Below, piece after piece: positions 10,734 through 22,520 of a stretch of 64,000 nt of DNA. Position 1 is the first letter of the stretch, and each line of letters begins with the position of its first letter. Below the pieces are notes generated by a model. The model had not been told where the DNA came from and did no database searches. It worked only from the letters and a program-made list of their open reading frames with translations. This DNA comes from Epithemia pelagica (Eukaryota > Protista > Bacillariophyta). The translations under genes were made by a program, and so were the position numbers. Location: the NCBI GenBank assembly GCA_946965045.2, contig OX337229.1:1178001-1242000 (forward strand). Direction: 5' to 3'.

Positions 10734-10790
10734 CACGTGTGTTCCGTGCGTGACGTGGTTACTCCTGAGAGGTAAATCCATTCCACGTCA
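10734..10790. promoter_or_regulatory. Candidate bZIP/G-box cluster in a divergent promoter
   Basis: CACGTG at 10734-10739, TGACGTGG at 10751-10758 and its reverse complement CCACGTCA at 10783-10790, between the head-to-head Ric8 and methyltransferase genes. Confidence 0.3.
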
Positions 10791-10937
10791 GACATTTATT
10801 CTGGTCACTATAGTGAAGCGCGCTGGAAATTGAAAAGATACCATTCCCAAAACCACGCGGGCAGACCTTCCGAACCACCTGTGATCTTTTCTGAGAACGT
10901 GTCCCGAGTGTCAAACGCAATCTAAACGAGAGTGACC

Positions 10938-12350
10938 ATGTTACTCGTCCGACCAAGCCTTTCCATTCTCCTTCGACCGCTTTCATTGAATCATCACCTT
11001 CACCCAATGCTTTCCACGGGGACTGCACGTGCCAGGATTCACTCTGGCGTCGTAGCCAGAGCGGTACAATCTCCTGACCACCACCAAGTCTCCACCTCCA
11101 CCACTACCACGGCAAGTTCGCAAGGCATCTCTCGAAATGCGGAGGACCACGTCCTACTGTTGGAGGGAGATGCGTTTGCTGTATCACATGATGGAATTGC
11201 TCGAACAGGATATCATTTGGGAGCGAGACCCACCACTCTTCCCCTCTATCATCATGACAAGAATCAGGTCTACGCCAGCAACACGGAAGCTCCCTTTGTC
11301 TTGGCCATTGAAGAATGTTACGACATTCAGCGGGCACACAAAAAGTTTATCCTTCGCCATCATTGCTTACAACGAGACCAAGAAAATGGACAAGGGACGG
11401 TGGATGCCATTCTGGGCAAACAAGCCGTCGGGGTGGCACCCCTGGGAGAATCGGTGGGTTGCTTGAACATTCAAGAAATTGATCAGGGAGTCTTTGGGTC
11501 TGCTGGGACAGGAGCTACGACATGGGAAGCGGCCATTGCAATGGGAATGTTCTTTGCCTCCAATCCCCGACTGCTGCAGGGAAATGTCATGGAACTGGGA
11601 TGTGGAGTCGGCTTTGGATCCATTTTATCTCAAACTGGCACCGTCTTGTTTGGAAGAGAAACTTGTTCCGAGGGTCATCCATTGGTCAAGAGTGTAACAC
11701 TTACGGACGGAAATTCTCAAGTACTGGATCAATGTCGAAAGAATCTTGATTCGGTCCTTGCTTCACTCGATGCGGACACCCAGGACGCCTTGCCTCCCTT
11801 TTTCGTTCACAAGCTACCATGGGAACTTGCGCATCTGGAAACCACCAAGTATGATACCATTCTGGCTTGTGATGTTGCTTATCTCCATACACAAGTCGAT
11901 TCCCTGGTCCAGGCAATGACGAATCTTGTCGCAGACAATGGAACCATTCATATCTTTGGGCCCTACAATCGTGGTGCTCTTCAACAGGTGTGCCGTGTCC
12001 TGCAAGAGGAGAAAAACTTTGACGTGTAAGTTCCTTGCTGGTTTTTTTTGTGTGTTTGTAGAAATGGGTTGTTCCGTCTGCACACAAGAACCGTACAATT
12101 TCTCATTCCGTCTGTTTTTGGCATTACACTCTTCTGGATACTACAACAATACAGCGAATTGGAATTCATTGACCTTGAGAGATATCGATTAAAGCCATAC
12201 TCCCCCAATGAAGCCGTGCACTCAGCCTTTAGTTGCAATGCCTACCAGTCCAAAACTACAGCTTCATTTCTACATGCAACAGCGAAACGACGAGATCCTT
12301 CCAAAATTGAAAGTGATTCATGGTCCAGACCATTGAATGAGATCGACTAA
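10938..12350 (+). CDS. Class I SAM-dependent (lysine) methyltransferase, METTL21/FAM86-like; exons 10938-12025 and 12155-12350
   Basis: Motifs GTGATTWEAA, VMELGCGVG, VTLTDGN and YDTILACDVAY; the GTAAGT...TACAG intron at 12026-12154 restores the frame as FDV|ELEFIDLERYRLKP. Confidence 0.8.
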
Positions 12351-12426
12351 TCATCAATCTATCATTGTTCTTGTCACACGCTCTAGTAGAAAACGGAGAA
12401 AATATTAAATACTTTGTACTTTTGTG

Positions 12427-15400
12427 TTATTCTGCCGATAGCCGAGTCGCATTGAGCAGCTCGTCCATGGAACTCTGTACTGCATCAAGCTTGGCTTCCA
12501 GAGTTTCGATTCGCTCAATCAGTATGGATATCAATTCTGGTGGTACGGCTGCCACGGGTGCCGAACGGAAGAAGAAGCGCCACAGCAAAATAAGGAAAAA
12601 GCCTAAAACGACTGCAGCAATGTGGATCATATTTGGATTCTCGCTCATGAGTTTCGATAGTCGGGCTTCGAGAGACACTTCTTTCTTTGCCTTTGGTTTC
12701 TCGACCGTAGGTTCCTCCTCCACTTCTTCGGCTGCTTCCATACCACCCGCTTCCACACATGCAGCTTGCAAGGTCGCAAAGAAGCTCTTGTGGACTGGTG
12801 TAGATTCTTCCAAAGTTCCTGACTGGATTTTGCTTTTGAGAAACGTCTTCTTCTTAAAGTCCACAAACAAACCACACTCCAGCTTCACGTCATCTTCGCC
12901 ATCACGTAAGGCCACCCAGCGAACCTCCACAGCAAAGGTGTCCGAATAAGGAATGCCCTCAAACTCAATGGTCATGGACACGATGCACTTGTCATTCCCT
13001 TCCAGTCGACAGCGGTGTGTCTGAACCACATTGGCGATGGGAGGACCAATGTAGAGATGCGTCTTCCGCTTCACACGAAACTTGATGAGTCGCTCTTCGC
13101 TGTATGTTTCCTTGCACCAGGGTCCAACACTGTTGCAAGCCTTCCAATCGCCCATGTTGACGTCAAATGCTTCCTTTTCTAGCCAAGGCTGGTATAAGGC
13201 TTTCTCTTTCTCGGACCACACAATTTGGTGGAATCGTTGGATGGATATTTTCCGCAAGCGTTTTGACACCACAACTTTCATTTTCTGGATGGTTTCATCC
13301 GGGGTAACTGTCGGACCTCTTGTAATGGCCTTGGAGGACGGTACCGCGGGTGTACTAACGGCTGCGGCCGCTGCCTTAGCTTCTTCCCGAAGCTTGGAGA
13401 CGACATCTATCGCCGTTTGACGGTCATATAAACCATCGAGAATCATACACGACTCGTCCACCGCTTCCAGTCTCTTGCATACAATTTGCATGGCATTGTC
13501 TCCTCGCTGGTCGAAACTCTTTCGGGATTTCACGTCTTTCACCTCTTCCCATTTCAAATTCAGTTTCTTTTTTGTCCAACTCACAAAGATGAGTCGAGAG
13601 GCTGAAACGTAAACACGTCCATATTGAAAAGGAAGTTGTTGGGCACCATCTCTAAATGTACACGGGAACGAATCCACGACCATGGGCACTGTTTTGACAT
13701 CGACTGGTTCAGGCCAGAAGTAAGTCAAGAAGAGGTCTGTTTCTGGATCTTTATGATCAGAACCTGTTTTCTCACGATTTCTCGCTTTTTTTACATTTCC
13801 ACGTTTATTCCCAACGGCAACCTGAGAAGAGACAACCGAACGTCGGAATAGAGCCTTCACATTGGCCATATCCTCTGTCTGCTTGCTGTTTTGTTCAGCC
13901 GGCACAACACCATCTGAGGACTCTGTATTTCCTTCTTCAGTGTCATCATCGTCAAGTTCTTCATCAATAGAGGCGTCATCACTTATGTCCTTGCTATCGA
14001 CAACGGTACCACTACTTTCCATGTAAGCTTCCACCGCAGCTCGCGATGGCGGTAGACGGACTTCCAGCTGAAACCCAGAGTCAACCGATTCATCTGCAAC
14101 AGTGCAGTCAACGCAAATGGCGACCAGCTCTTGCTGGGCCCGCATTCTCCAATCATTAATATCGGCCACAATTCCACCATGTGATTGTGCAGCGATCGGT
14201 TCAAGGTCCGATATACTTTCAAGCTGAAGCGTTCCCAGAAGTTTTTGTGCCAGTTCTGCAAAAGACTCGATAGAACTTCGAACATCTTCCCAACCTTCTT
14301 TCTCTTCCGTTTCGTAGCGCGAGACCGTGTGCTCCGATTCTGCTTTGTACATATTTGATGCCGCCGCAAATGCCTCGACAATTGCCACAAATTGCTGCTT
14401 CTCTTTGGCCTCCTTCTCGTCGGCTTCTTTCAATCCTCGTTGGGCGTGACTCACTCGGGCGCCAGTACCCAGTATTTTCATGGCTTTGTCACCTCCATCA
14501 GGTAGAAGGGACACAATATTCGAGAAACCTTTCTGCATGCGTTTTCCAACCACCATTCTATCCTTTCCGTCTTTCTCTTCTTGGATTTGTGATTTACTGT
14601 CCAATGAGAGCATTCGTTCTCGAGCCTTGGCAGTTTCAATAGAGCTTTGCCGATACTTCTCTTCGGCTCTGGTCTTGGCTCGCGCCGACTCACAAAGCTG
14701 TTTCCATGCGTTGTCGTCGTTTTCAGCGGTCGTCTTCATTGCCTTTTCGCCGTACAAAATGACACTGTCCAGTTTGGCAGCCCGAATATTCCGCAACGAG
14801 TCAGCCATGGCGAAACAACCCTCCGCCTCGGCTTCAAAAAACTTTGTCATTCCATCCCAGAGTCGGAGAACATGGGCACCCTCACAGGAACCCATGGCCA
14901 CATGCAACGATTCGCTAAAATTCAAACTTTCCTTTTTCATCAATTGTACCAGTGACTGTCCCAGTTTGGTGGATGCCTTGACCACGCTTTCGAAGAAGAG
15001 CGATAGTGATTTGGCCAGTTGCATCCGTTCCCGTCGAGCTGCGAGTCGAGAACGAATCTTATCGCGCAAGACACCCAGTTCTTCTGGCAACCCCAAGGTT
15101 TCCGCGTCCATGACACCGGAAGTGGGTTCGTCGTCCGCCAAAAAGCTGTTGTTGGTGGCACCCGTGAGCATCTTGACAAATTTATGGGCGCGTTTCTTGC
15201 CGCCGTCAGCGTCTGCCGGCTCTTCATTTTGAACGGGTTGAATTTCTCGGTTCAAGGATATGACACCCGCATCCAATGCTTCTTTCTGGGCTTCCAGGAC
15301 TTTGATTAGAGCATTTACAAAGACAGAAAGACGATCTTGCTCCATTCTCTGCAAGGTGTCCAACGCCATAACTTCCAGTCGTTGGCACAGTGCAACACAG

Positions 15401-16428
15401 TCATTTTCCCACCTTACACGGAGCTTGTATTTTGCTTCATAATTCTTGGTGTCCTTGAGCGCCTCTCGTAGTCTTGTTTCAAGGCGTTTGGGAGTGCGAA
15501 CTGGTGTACTTTTGGTGTTTTCGGCGGATGCATTGGAAGGATCTCCAGATGTGCCCTCATCGACGTTTCCTTCTCTGTTCTTTACTTCGCCAATCAAGTG
15601 CTCTGTTTCTCGCAAGGTTTTGGCATATTTGGTGTGCGAATTTAATGCTCGTCCTCTAGCATAGGAGCAAGTGCTTCGGCTTTGTGTGTATCGCTGTTGA
15701 ATGCCATTTACGGTATCATTGTGTGTGACCAGGTAATTCTGCATGAGGGGAGATATACAAGCCCTGATTTGTCTCGCCACCTTACTCTTCTCCTTGGCCC
15801 AGGACAACATGGATTCTTGCAGAGGCAAAATGGGTAATTGAGCCGTTAATCCAGCCTCTTCTGCAGCGGCATTCATGGCGCTTGTTGGACTCGGTAACAG
15901 TTGTCCAGCCTTGTTCAGCGCCACAGCGAATTGTGCATAGAGGGACGTTAACTCATGAAGAACGGACACACATCGGTGTGTAGTTCGGTTGAGCTGACGA
16001 GTTCGATTAATGGATAATGAAAGACCGGTTCCATGAAATCCGGTCGAGGCTGGAGACTTGTTGGAATCAATGCTGGGAGAAAATGCGGGCAAGTTGGGAC
16101 TTGCCAACGTTTCCGACCATCGAACTACCGCCGTTTGTTGTTCACTTGACGTAGTCGCAGTGGATGTTGTTGTAGTCGCATTTGATGCGGTGGAAGACGA
16201 TTCTCTTCCTTCGCCTAAATCACTGTTGACAGGATTGTTGTCTTGTTGATCTGTTGACGATGAAGAAACATTCTGGTTACTTGTGACGCGTTTCAAAGTT
16301 TTGTTCTCACAATCAATCGTTGTGCTGTTGTTCATTTCTTTGACACCATTTGTATCACCATTTTGTGGGACTTGAACGTTGTCCAGTGTTGTTGAATCAA
16401 CAGCGCTTCTCTCACTATGCGATGACAT
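12427..16428 (-). CDS. LAM/Aster-like lipid-transfer protein: F-BAR-like coiled coils + GRAM + VASt + C-terminal TM
   Basis: GRAM-like segment VDSFPCTF...QYGRVYVSASRLIF; VASt motif GIPYSDTFAVEVRWV; TM IAAVVLGFFLILLWRFFF. Likely ATG at 16428, although the ORF is open further upstream. Confidence 0.8.
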   Translation of the reverse strand: MSSHSERSAVDSTTLDNVQVPQNGDTNGVKEMNNSTTIDCENKTLKRVTSNQNVSSSSTDQQDNNPVNSDLGEGRESSSTASNATTTTSTATTSSEQQTAVVRWSETLASPNLPAFSPSIDSNKSPASTGFHGTGLSLSINRTRQLNRTTHRCVSVLHELTSLYAQFAVALNKAGQLLPSPTSAMNAAAEEAGLTAQLPILPLQESMLSWAKEKSKVARQIRACISPLMQNYLVTHNDTVNGIQQRYTQSRSTCSYARGRALNSHTKYAKTLRETEHLIGEVKNREGNVDEGTSGDPSNASAENTKSTPVRTPKRLETRLREALKDTKNYEAKYKLRVRWENDCVALCQRLEVMALDTLQRMEQDRLSVFVNALIKVLEAQKEALDAGVISLNREIQPVQNEEPADADGGKKRAHKFVKMLTGATNNSFLADDEPTSGVMDAETLGLPEELGVLRDKIRSRLAARRERMQLAKSLSLFFESVVKASTKLGQSLVQLMKKESLNFSESLHVAMGSCEGAHVLRLWDGMTKFFEAEAEGCFAMADSLRNIRAAKLDSVILYGEKAMKTTAENDDNAWKQLCESARAKTRAEEKYRQSSIETAKARERMLSLDSKSQIQEEKDGKDRMVVGKRMQKGFSNIVSLLPDGGDKAMKILGTGARVSHAQRGLKEADEKEAKEKQQFVAIVEAFAAASNMYKAESEHTVSRYETEEKEGWEDVRSSIESFAELAQKLLGTLQLESISDLEPIAAQSHGGIVADINDWRMRAQQELVAICVDCTVADESVDSGFQLEVRLPPSRAAVEAYMESSGTVVDSKDISDDASIDEELDDDDTEEGNTESSDGVVPAEQNSKQTEDMANVKALFRRSVVSSQVAVGNKRGNVKKARNREKTGSDHKDPETDLFLTYFWPEPVDVKTVPMVVDSFPCTFRDGAQQLPFQYGRVYVSASRLIFVSWTKKKLNLKWEEVKDVKSRKSFDQRGDNAMQIVCKRLEAVDESCMILDGLYDRQTAIDVVSKLREEAKAAAAAVSTPAVPSSKAITRGPTVTPDETIQKMKVVVSKRLRKISIQRFHQIVWSEKEKALYQPWLEKEAFDVNMGDWKACNSVGPWCKETYSEERLIKFRVKRKTHLYIGPPIANVVQTHRCRLEGNDKCIVSMTIEFEGIPYSDTFAVEVRWVALRDGEDDVKLECGLFVDFKKKTFLKSKIQSGTLEESTPVHKSFFATLQAACVEAGGMEAAEEVEEEPTVEKPKAKKEVSLEARLSKLMSENPNMIHIAAVVLGFFLILLWRFFFRSAPVAAVPPELISILIERIETLEAKLDAVQSSMDELLNATRLSAE

Positions 16429-17018
16429 GGCTTTGTTGACCCACCGCTGATCCCAAGAGGGGATTTCAAAGGCAAGGGTAAGAGTTGCTGCTAAAGATAA
16501 TGGTGACGGGGTTCCTTTGTCGTTTCCTTCTCTTCTGGGTTCTGCCTTCGCCAATAGGAAGCAAAGATGTGTGATGATTGTCAACTCTTCTGTCTTGTCC
16601 TTGTCCTGTGATCGGTCTTGTCTCGCCGAGCGACAGGAGAAGGGACGGACAATATAGGGAGAAGTGTATGAGTATGACGTGTTATGTAACAAAATTCTGC
16701 GCGATCGATCTGCTTCCACCTATGTTCTCAGTCGCGAAATAGGCCTCTCCAATCTATCCATAGCCACGGTAGTTGGAGGTAGTTTGTCAAAGGAGGAGGT
16801 ACGGATAGGAGTGATCTCAGTTCTACTCTCCTAGAAGAAGATCAAAACAAACGGATGGTCGATAGACAGACAGCCAAGAACGTATACATAGTCGTATGAT
16901 TATTAAAGTTAAGCAACAAGGCTATATACCAATCTGTCTCAACGCGTCCGAGGACAACCACCACCAATAGAAGTGGACAACATCCGGTCGCTCCACGTAG
17001 TAATATGGTAGCTGCCGT

Positions 17019-18711
17019 CTAAATCTCTATCATTTCAGCCAGGGCCTCCGGATCCGCCTGGGCTTGCAATATCATGCGTTTACCGCCTTTGGAAAAATGA
17101 GTCTCAATTGCCTCCAATACTTCTTGTGACCGAGGGTCAGATACTAGATTGATCGCCGTGCCTTTCCGTCCAAAACGGCCCGTCCGACCAATCCGGTGAA
17201 GATAGGTCTCAAAGTCCGGATTCTCGTCGCGGTCAATAGGGACATCATAGTTTACCACCAAACAAACATTGTCGACATCCACACCACGGGCCAATACATT
17301 GGTGGTGATCAAAACAGTGCTCTCACCGTTCCGGAAGGCCTCCATGGTGGAGTCACGTTGTGCGGCATCAATGGCTCCGTGGAGCACGGAACACGTGTAG
17401 CCAGCATCCGACAAGGTTTTGTGCACTGTGTCAGCTTCGCTTTTAGTTCCTACAAAGATAATCGATTGTCCAATGGTCAACAGGGAGTAAATATCTGCCA
17501 AAAACATTAACTTGCCACCTTCGTAGCCTCTCGTGTCCACCCAAAGTTGTTTGATGATATCAAGCATCTTCATAAAGAAAGACATAACGCATTTAATGAG
17601 ATATCGCTCTTTGTGAATGTCTCGTACTACCACATGTACGTACCAGAAATTCAGGACCATCTTCAATTAGAATCTTGTCAGGATCTTCGACCATTTTGCT
17701 AGCAAATCGAACCACCTCAATTGGGAAAGTCGCAGAAAAAAGCAAGCACTGACATTTTGGAGGGAGTGTCTTCTTGATAAGTTGTGAATTGGCTCGGAAC
17801 CCTCCTTCATCCACCATGTTGTCTGCTTCATCCAGTACAAAGACTTTGATGGTTTTGGGATTCACAATTTTTCGCTTGAGCCAGTCAACAACTTTTCCTG
17901 GTGTCCCCACCACCATGTGAGCATCTACACCAACGGACTTTGCAATGTGATTTCCCGATATGGCCAGTTCAATTTTCAAACCGTTCATATTGGCAGCCAT
18001 TGGACGAACAGCCTTGTCCACAATTTGGATTGCCAATTCTCGAGTGGGTGTTACGCAGAGGGCCTGTGTAGTGGCAGGATTGTCAACCTCTATGCGATAC
18101 AGCATTCCCAAAGTGAAGGCAGCGGTCTTTCCACTACCTGACTGGGCTTGGCCAATTAAATTGCGAGGTGGCTCCGCCAATATGCGAGGCAAAGCTTCCT
18201 CCTGAATCGCGGAAGGTCGATCAAAGCCCATGGCAAAGATCGCATCCAGCAAATGCTTCGGCAAACTGAGTTCTTGGAACGTCTTCACAGAGGACAAGTG
18301 AGAGGATTTATCTGACTGTATAACTTTTAATCGATCTTTGTTTTCCTTCTGCCGCTCCAAAGCAAGCTTTTGCAGTCGCTTTGTCAGCTCATTGGAATCC
18401 TTGACATCCACATTTTCTTTGGTCGAAGAATCTGCCTCCTCGGGTCTCGAGGGACCACTACCATTTGCGGCGGTTTCTGACTTTGTTGTATCCTTTCCAC
18501 CGGCATTGTCGCTGTCGGTCGTTGTTGATGCCGCTTGATTAGTGGCACTGTCCCTTCGACGATTGTTGCCTCGCGTCTCCACTTTGTTCAGCAAAGCCTC
18601 GGCATTGGCTCGAACTCGTTCCCTCAAACGAGCGGCAATCTGCTCCGCCGAGACATCCTCATTGTTTTCACTCTCTTCATCCTGATGTGAACTCGCTTGG
18701 TCTGTCGACAT
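17019..18711 (-). CDS. DBP5: DEAD-box RNA helicase DBP5/DDX19; exons 18711-17644 and 17567-17019
   Basis: Motifs QAQSGSGKTAAF, PTRELA, DEAD, SAT, TNVLARGVD and YLHRIGRTGRFGRKG; GT-AG intron at 17568-17643. Confidence 0.92.
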
Positions 18712-19007
18712 TACAGGTTCTTTCTCTTGAATGGATCGTCGATGGGATTGTGTTTAGATTCGGACAGCGCAGACGAAAGAGTCAACCATTGCGCACGTCT
18801 TGTGTATCTTGTGTCAACAAACAACACAACGGAATCGATCAATGCAAGAACGACCAGACGTGGCGCCAGCCGAGCTGAGATTTTCCTGAAGCAAGCTATG
18901 TCATCTACCCGTAGATCACTTTAAGTTGTGATTTTACTCCTATCTTCTCCTACTCCTACTGACCCCTCCTACTCCTAGAGATGTTGCCAATGATATCCGT
19001 AGCCTTT

Positions 19008-20105
19008 TTATTCCCAAGCATCAATCCCTAATAATTGCCGCTGCAAACGAGATAGATGAGGAAGAAGGTCGTCCAGCGACGCCGAGTTCTTGTCTCGTTC
19101 AACATTCGGATGCACCCATTGGTCTGTAGGACTTTGTCGCATCTTCCACTTTACGAGCTGGTCTTGGACGTAGCCTTGGTTTACTGCAACATCCGGTAGA
19201 AACGAGCAATAGACAACAGCACGAGGTTCGGTTCCATTGTGTCGATAGGCATTGGCGTGAGGTATCCGATTGTCCCAAAATACGACGCTTCCCGCCCGGA
19301 CGCTCACATGTTGGACTTGTTTCATCACCAAGGAGTCCTCCGCTGGACGTATATGGGTATATTCGCCGACACAGGGTGCAGGGCGAGAAATGCGTTCTCC
19401 ACCCTTCTCGATAATGGAAGGAGGCCGGGTTTCGGTCCATGCTCGAAAACCTCGATGAAAACCGCGGACAGCCTCGAAGCCTCCTGTATCAGCTTCCAAA
19501 TTCTCTGTCAGAGACACAAAGCATTGAATTGGTCTCCATTTCGTTTTATTGGTGCTCTCATCATAAGTATCTGGACAACAGTCGAGGTGGGGTGTCAGAC
19601 CTCTCTGTATTGGAAGCTTTCGTTTCTTGCCCTTATAGTGCTCCTTCCCCAAAGTCTCTGCAAGTGCGGAAGGTAGACGGTAACCAATACGATCGATGTA
19701 AGAGTACGCCTTTTGTGGATCAAAACGTCCAAATGGATGCCATTTCCACTCGTCTTCTTTGTTCACGTCCGATTTTGTTTCGCCTTGCAAACAATAGGCA
19801 GCTGACCATAATTGCTGAGTCCAACGGAGAAGGCTCTCGTTAGTGGCAATCCTGAGCTTCCAATCCTCGTAAAAAATGTCCAGAACTCCTCCAGCACCGT
19901 TGGTGGACGATAGCCCGCACAAGTTGTGTCCAGTTCGTTCAAGATCTTTGGTATTCACGCCAAATCTGGAAAGGGTGGAAGACAATCCAGACCGCGCTAC
20001 TTCGATTTCTTCGTCGGAAAGCAGATTTTCGACAACCAAAACTCCTTCTCGCAGAAATTCGTCGACTTGATCAGGTGTTAAAGCATCTCGATCTCGAGTG
20101 GCCAT
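19008..20105 (-). CDS. 2OG-Fe(II) dioxygenase, phytanoyl-CoA dioxygenase (PhyH)-like
   Basis: HxD motif (LTPHLDC), IQCFVSLT...GGFEAVRGFH and GSVVFWDNRIPHAN. Confidence 0.8.
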   Translation of the reverse strand: MATRDRDALTPDQVDEFLREGVLVVENLLSDEEIEVARSGLSSTLSRFGVNTKDLERTGHNLCGLSSTNGAGGVLDIFYEDWKLRIATNESLLRWTQQLWSAAYCLQGETKSDVNKEDEWKWHPFGRFDPQKAYSYIDRIGYRLPSALAETLGKEHYKGKKRKLPIQRGLTPHLDCCPDTYDESTNKTKWRPIQCFVSLTENLEADTGGFEAVRGFHRGFRAWTETRPPSIIEKGGERISRPAPCVGEYTHIRPAEDSLVMKQVQHVSVRAGSVVFWDNRIPHANAYRHNGTEPRAVVYCSFLPDVAVNQGYVQDQLVKWKMRQSPTDQWVHPNVERDKNSASLDDLLPHLSRLQRQLLGIDAWE

Positions 20106-20385
20106 GGTCCCGTTCTTTTTGTTGTTCTATATTCGAAACATAGATCCGCGACTGAATCGCACCTCAGGATGCGCGCCAGCCGGAAATTTGATGTACTATG
20201 AGTGCGAGGATGCCCTGGAATACCCATCGCGGGGCGTGCCTCAGCAGACTCTTCTACTCGTGCGCGCCTTCTGAATCTACCCTTCCTCGTCACTTTTTGG
20301 GTGAAGTTGTTGTTGTTGATACGGTACAAGATACAACGCCGACTTCGAGACTACGAGAGACAGTGAAAAGTTGTGGTACGAGACG

Positions 20386-22498
20386 ATGCCAATCAGTAGC
20401 TCATCAACAGAACGATATGGAACAGCGTGGTCCAACGGATTTTATGGTGTTTCTCTTGAAACATTAGCTCCATCATCGTCTCCAGCAACAATCGATACGA
20501 AATCTCAACGAAGTATCAAGAAACGCGAGAATGTCCTCCATTCGATTTTTTCGCCTTCGTATCCCAACACTCGTGACACTGATCCACATGCTCGAAATCA
20601 ATTGAGAGAGGTCAAAACTCCTGTGAAACAGGAACGTTTGGAAATGGAATCCGATTCATCCTCAAAGGAGGAATTCTATTCTCCTGCGCAGTTCACTGCC
20701 TCAAGTAGCATTGTAACGAGCCCCTTCTCTGCATGGACAAGCAAAAGCGGAAACTCCAATAACACGTTTCGAACCTTACCCAACATCGAAATGCTCAGTG
20801 CGGATTTCATTGAATCTTGCTCAGATGTTGATCAACTGCGACAAATAATTGATGTACTGGAGACTGAGCAGAACTGTCCGTACTTACTGCAGCTTGCGCG
20901 TCGAAGGTTAGCATCCATTGCCCCCGACGATCGAAAACCAAAAACAGTGAAATTTGTTTTGTCCCCTGAGGAGAAGTACAATACCAACTCCACAGTTCAT
21001 GGCTCCAAGCTGGGTTCGCTTGTTTATTCTGAAGATGGCTCGCAGGATATCCCCCTGTCAATCGAAGCATCATGTTTTCCTCAACAATCAGGTCCTAGTA
21101 GCTCTACCAGAAACAGTAGGGAACAAGAGCTGTCAAGCGAAATCCACCGTCTTTCTCAATGCATTAAAGGTATTGAGGAATCACGGCGTAAGGAACAGAA
21201 AAGCTTCTTGGATCGCCTTCACAAGATCACTCAGTCTAGAGACGACGTAAAGTTTCAGCTTCAGACTCTGGAGAAGGAGCTAGAATCTTCGACTGAGGCA
21301 AGAAAAGAGCTACTTGAATCAGTTGAGTCCTTGCGGGAAGATAACATGGCGCTATCTGCTCAATTGCAGGTTGAGAAGGATTCCTTGGAGCACTTCCGTC
21401 GAAAGGCCAAAAAGATGGAATATGAGCTCAATCTCAAAGTGGAGGAGCTCAAACACGAACTTGATAGAATACAGCGTGACAGTCGACCGGCAATCGAGGC
21501 TCAGAAGCAAAACCTTGAGTTAAATAAGCTCTTGAGAGCAGCTCAAAAGAATCTGGATGATGCCTCAATGGAAAATGCAGTTTTGCTTCGAACCGTGATC
21601 AAGGCCTTTGGAGAGAATACTGTGCCTGAGGTAAGTAGGCAAAGAACCTTGTATGAAATGAAAAGGACACGTGGCAATCTTATCCACCACGCATGGTTAA
21701 CAGATAAGTGGTATGCCTCGCAAAGAACGTCGCAGTCTAATTGCCGATCTGGCGAAGAAAGCAGCAACTTCCAGATCGGCGCTTGACGCCATGGGGATCG
21801 CTCTTAAGAGATCAGAGCAAAACCTTCAATCTGAAGCTCGTCTTCGACGAAAGAAAGATGTCATGCTTCAGGAAGCGATCAATGGGCGAGAGAAACTGGA
21901 AAAAGATAACCTGGATCTTTCGCTCAAGATGCAAAATATCCTAAAGGAACTCGAAGAAAGCCGCAACGAGGTTGCGAATTTGCTTCAATCCGCGCACCAG
22001 CAGCAACAGGACGACTGGGAGGTACGAGAAGCGAAACTTAACAATATAATTCGGGGACTGAAAAGACAACTGCGTGATGAAAGTTCCCTTGCCCGGATGT
22101 ACCGCGCGGAAATGTTTAAGAGGAAAGAACTTGGCAAGGAGGTGGTCAGATTGAAGAGAGAAAGTAGGAACGCCAAAGCAAATGCTACATCAAGAACAGA
22201 AGGTGGATCTCAAACCCCCTTTTCATCTGGAGTGGACTTGACCGATGACAACCTACAACCGGTAGCAATTAAAGCCAGCATTCCGGAAATTGAACGCGAA
22301 ATCGATATCGAAAACCAAAAGAATGGTACTCCACAACAGACACAAAAAGTGAGGTTTGCATGTGAACAACCTTCAGTAGAAAAATCCCGACAACGTGTCG
22401 AAAGGAGACGGGCTACGGGAGGAAGAAAAGCCTTGCAGGAAAATTTAAGAAAGATACGCTCTCCTCTTGCAGCAGTTCATTCGATGAATGAAGCTTAG
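20386..22498 (+). CDS. Coiled-coil protein of unknown function; exons 20386-21630 and 21704-22498
   Basis: Long E/K/L/Q heptad regions; the GTAAGT...AACAG intron at 21631-21703 joins two ORFs in frame (VPE|ISGMPRK). Confidence 0.75.
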
Positions 22499-22520
22499 TT
22501 GCTCTGGGACCTGTCCTATA

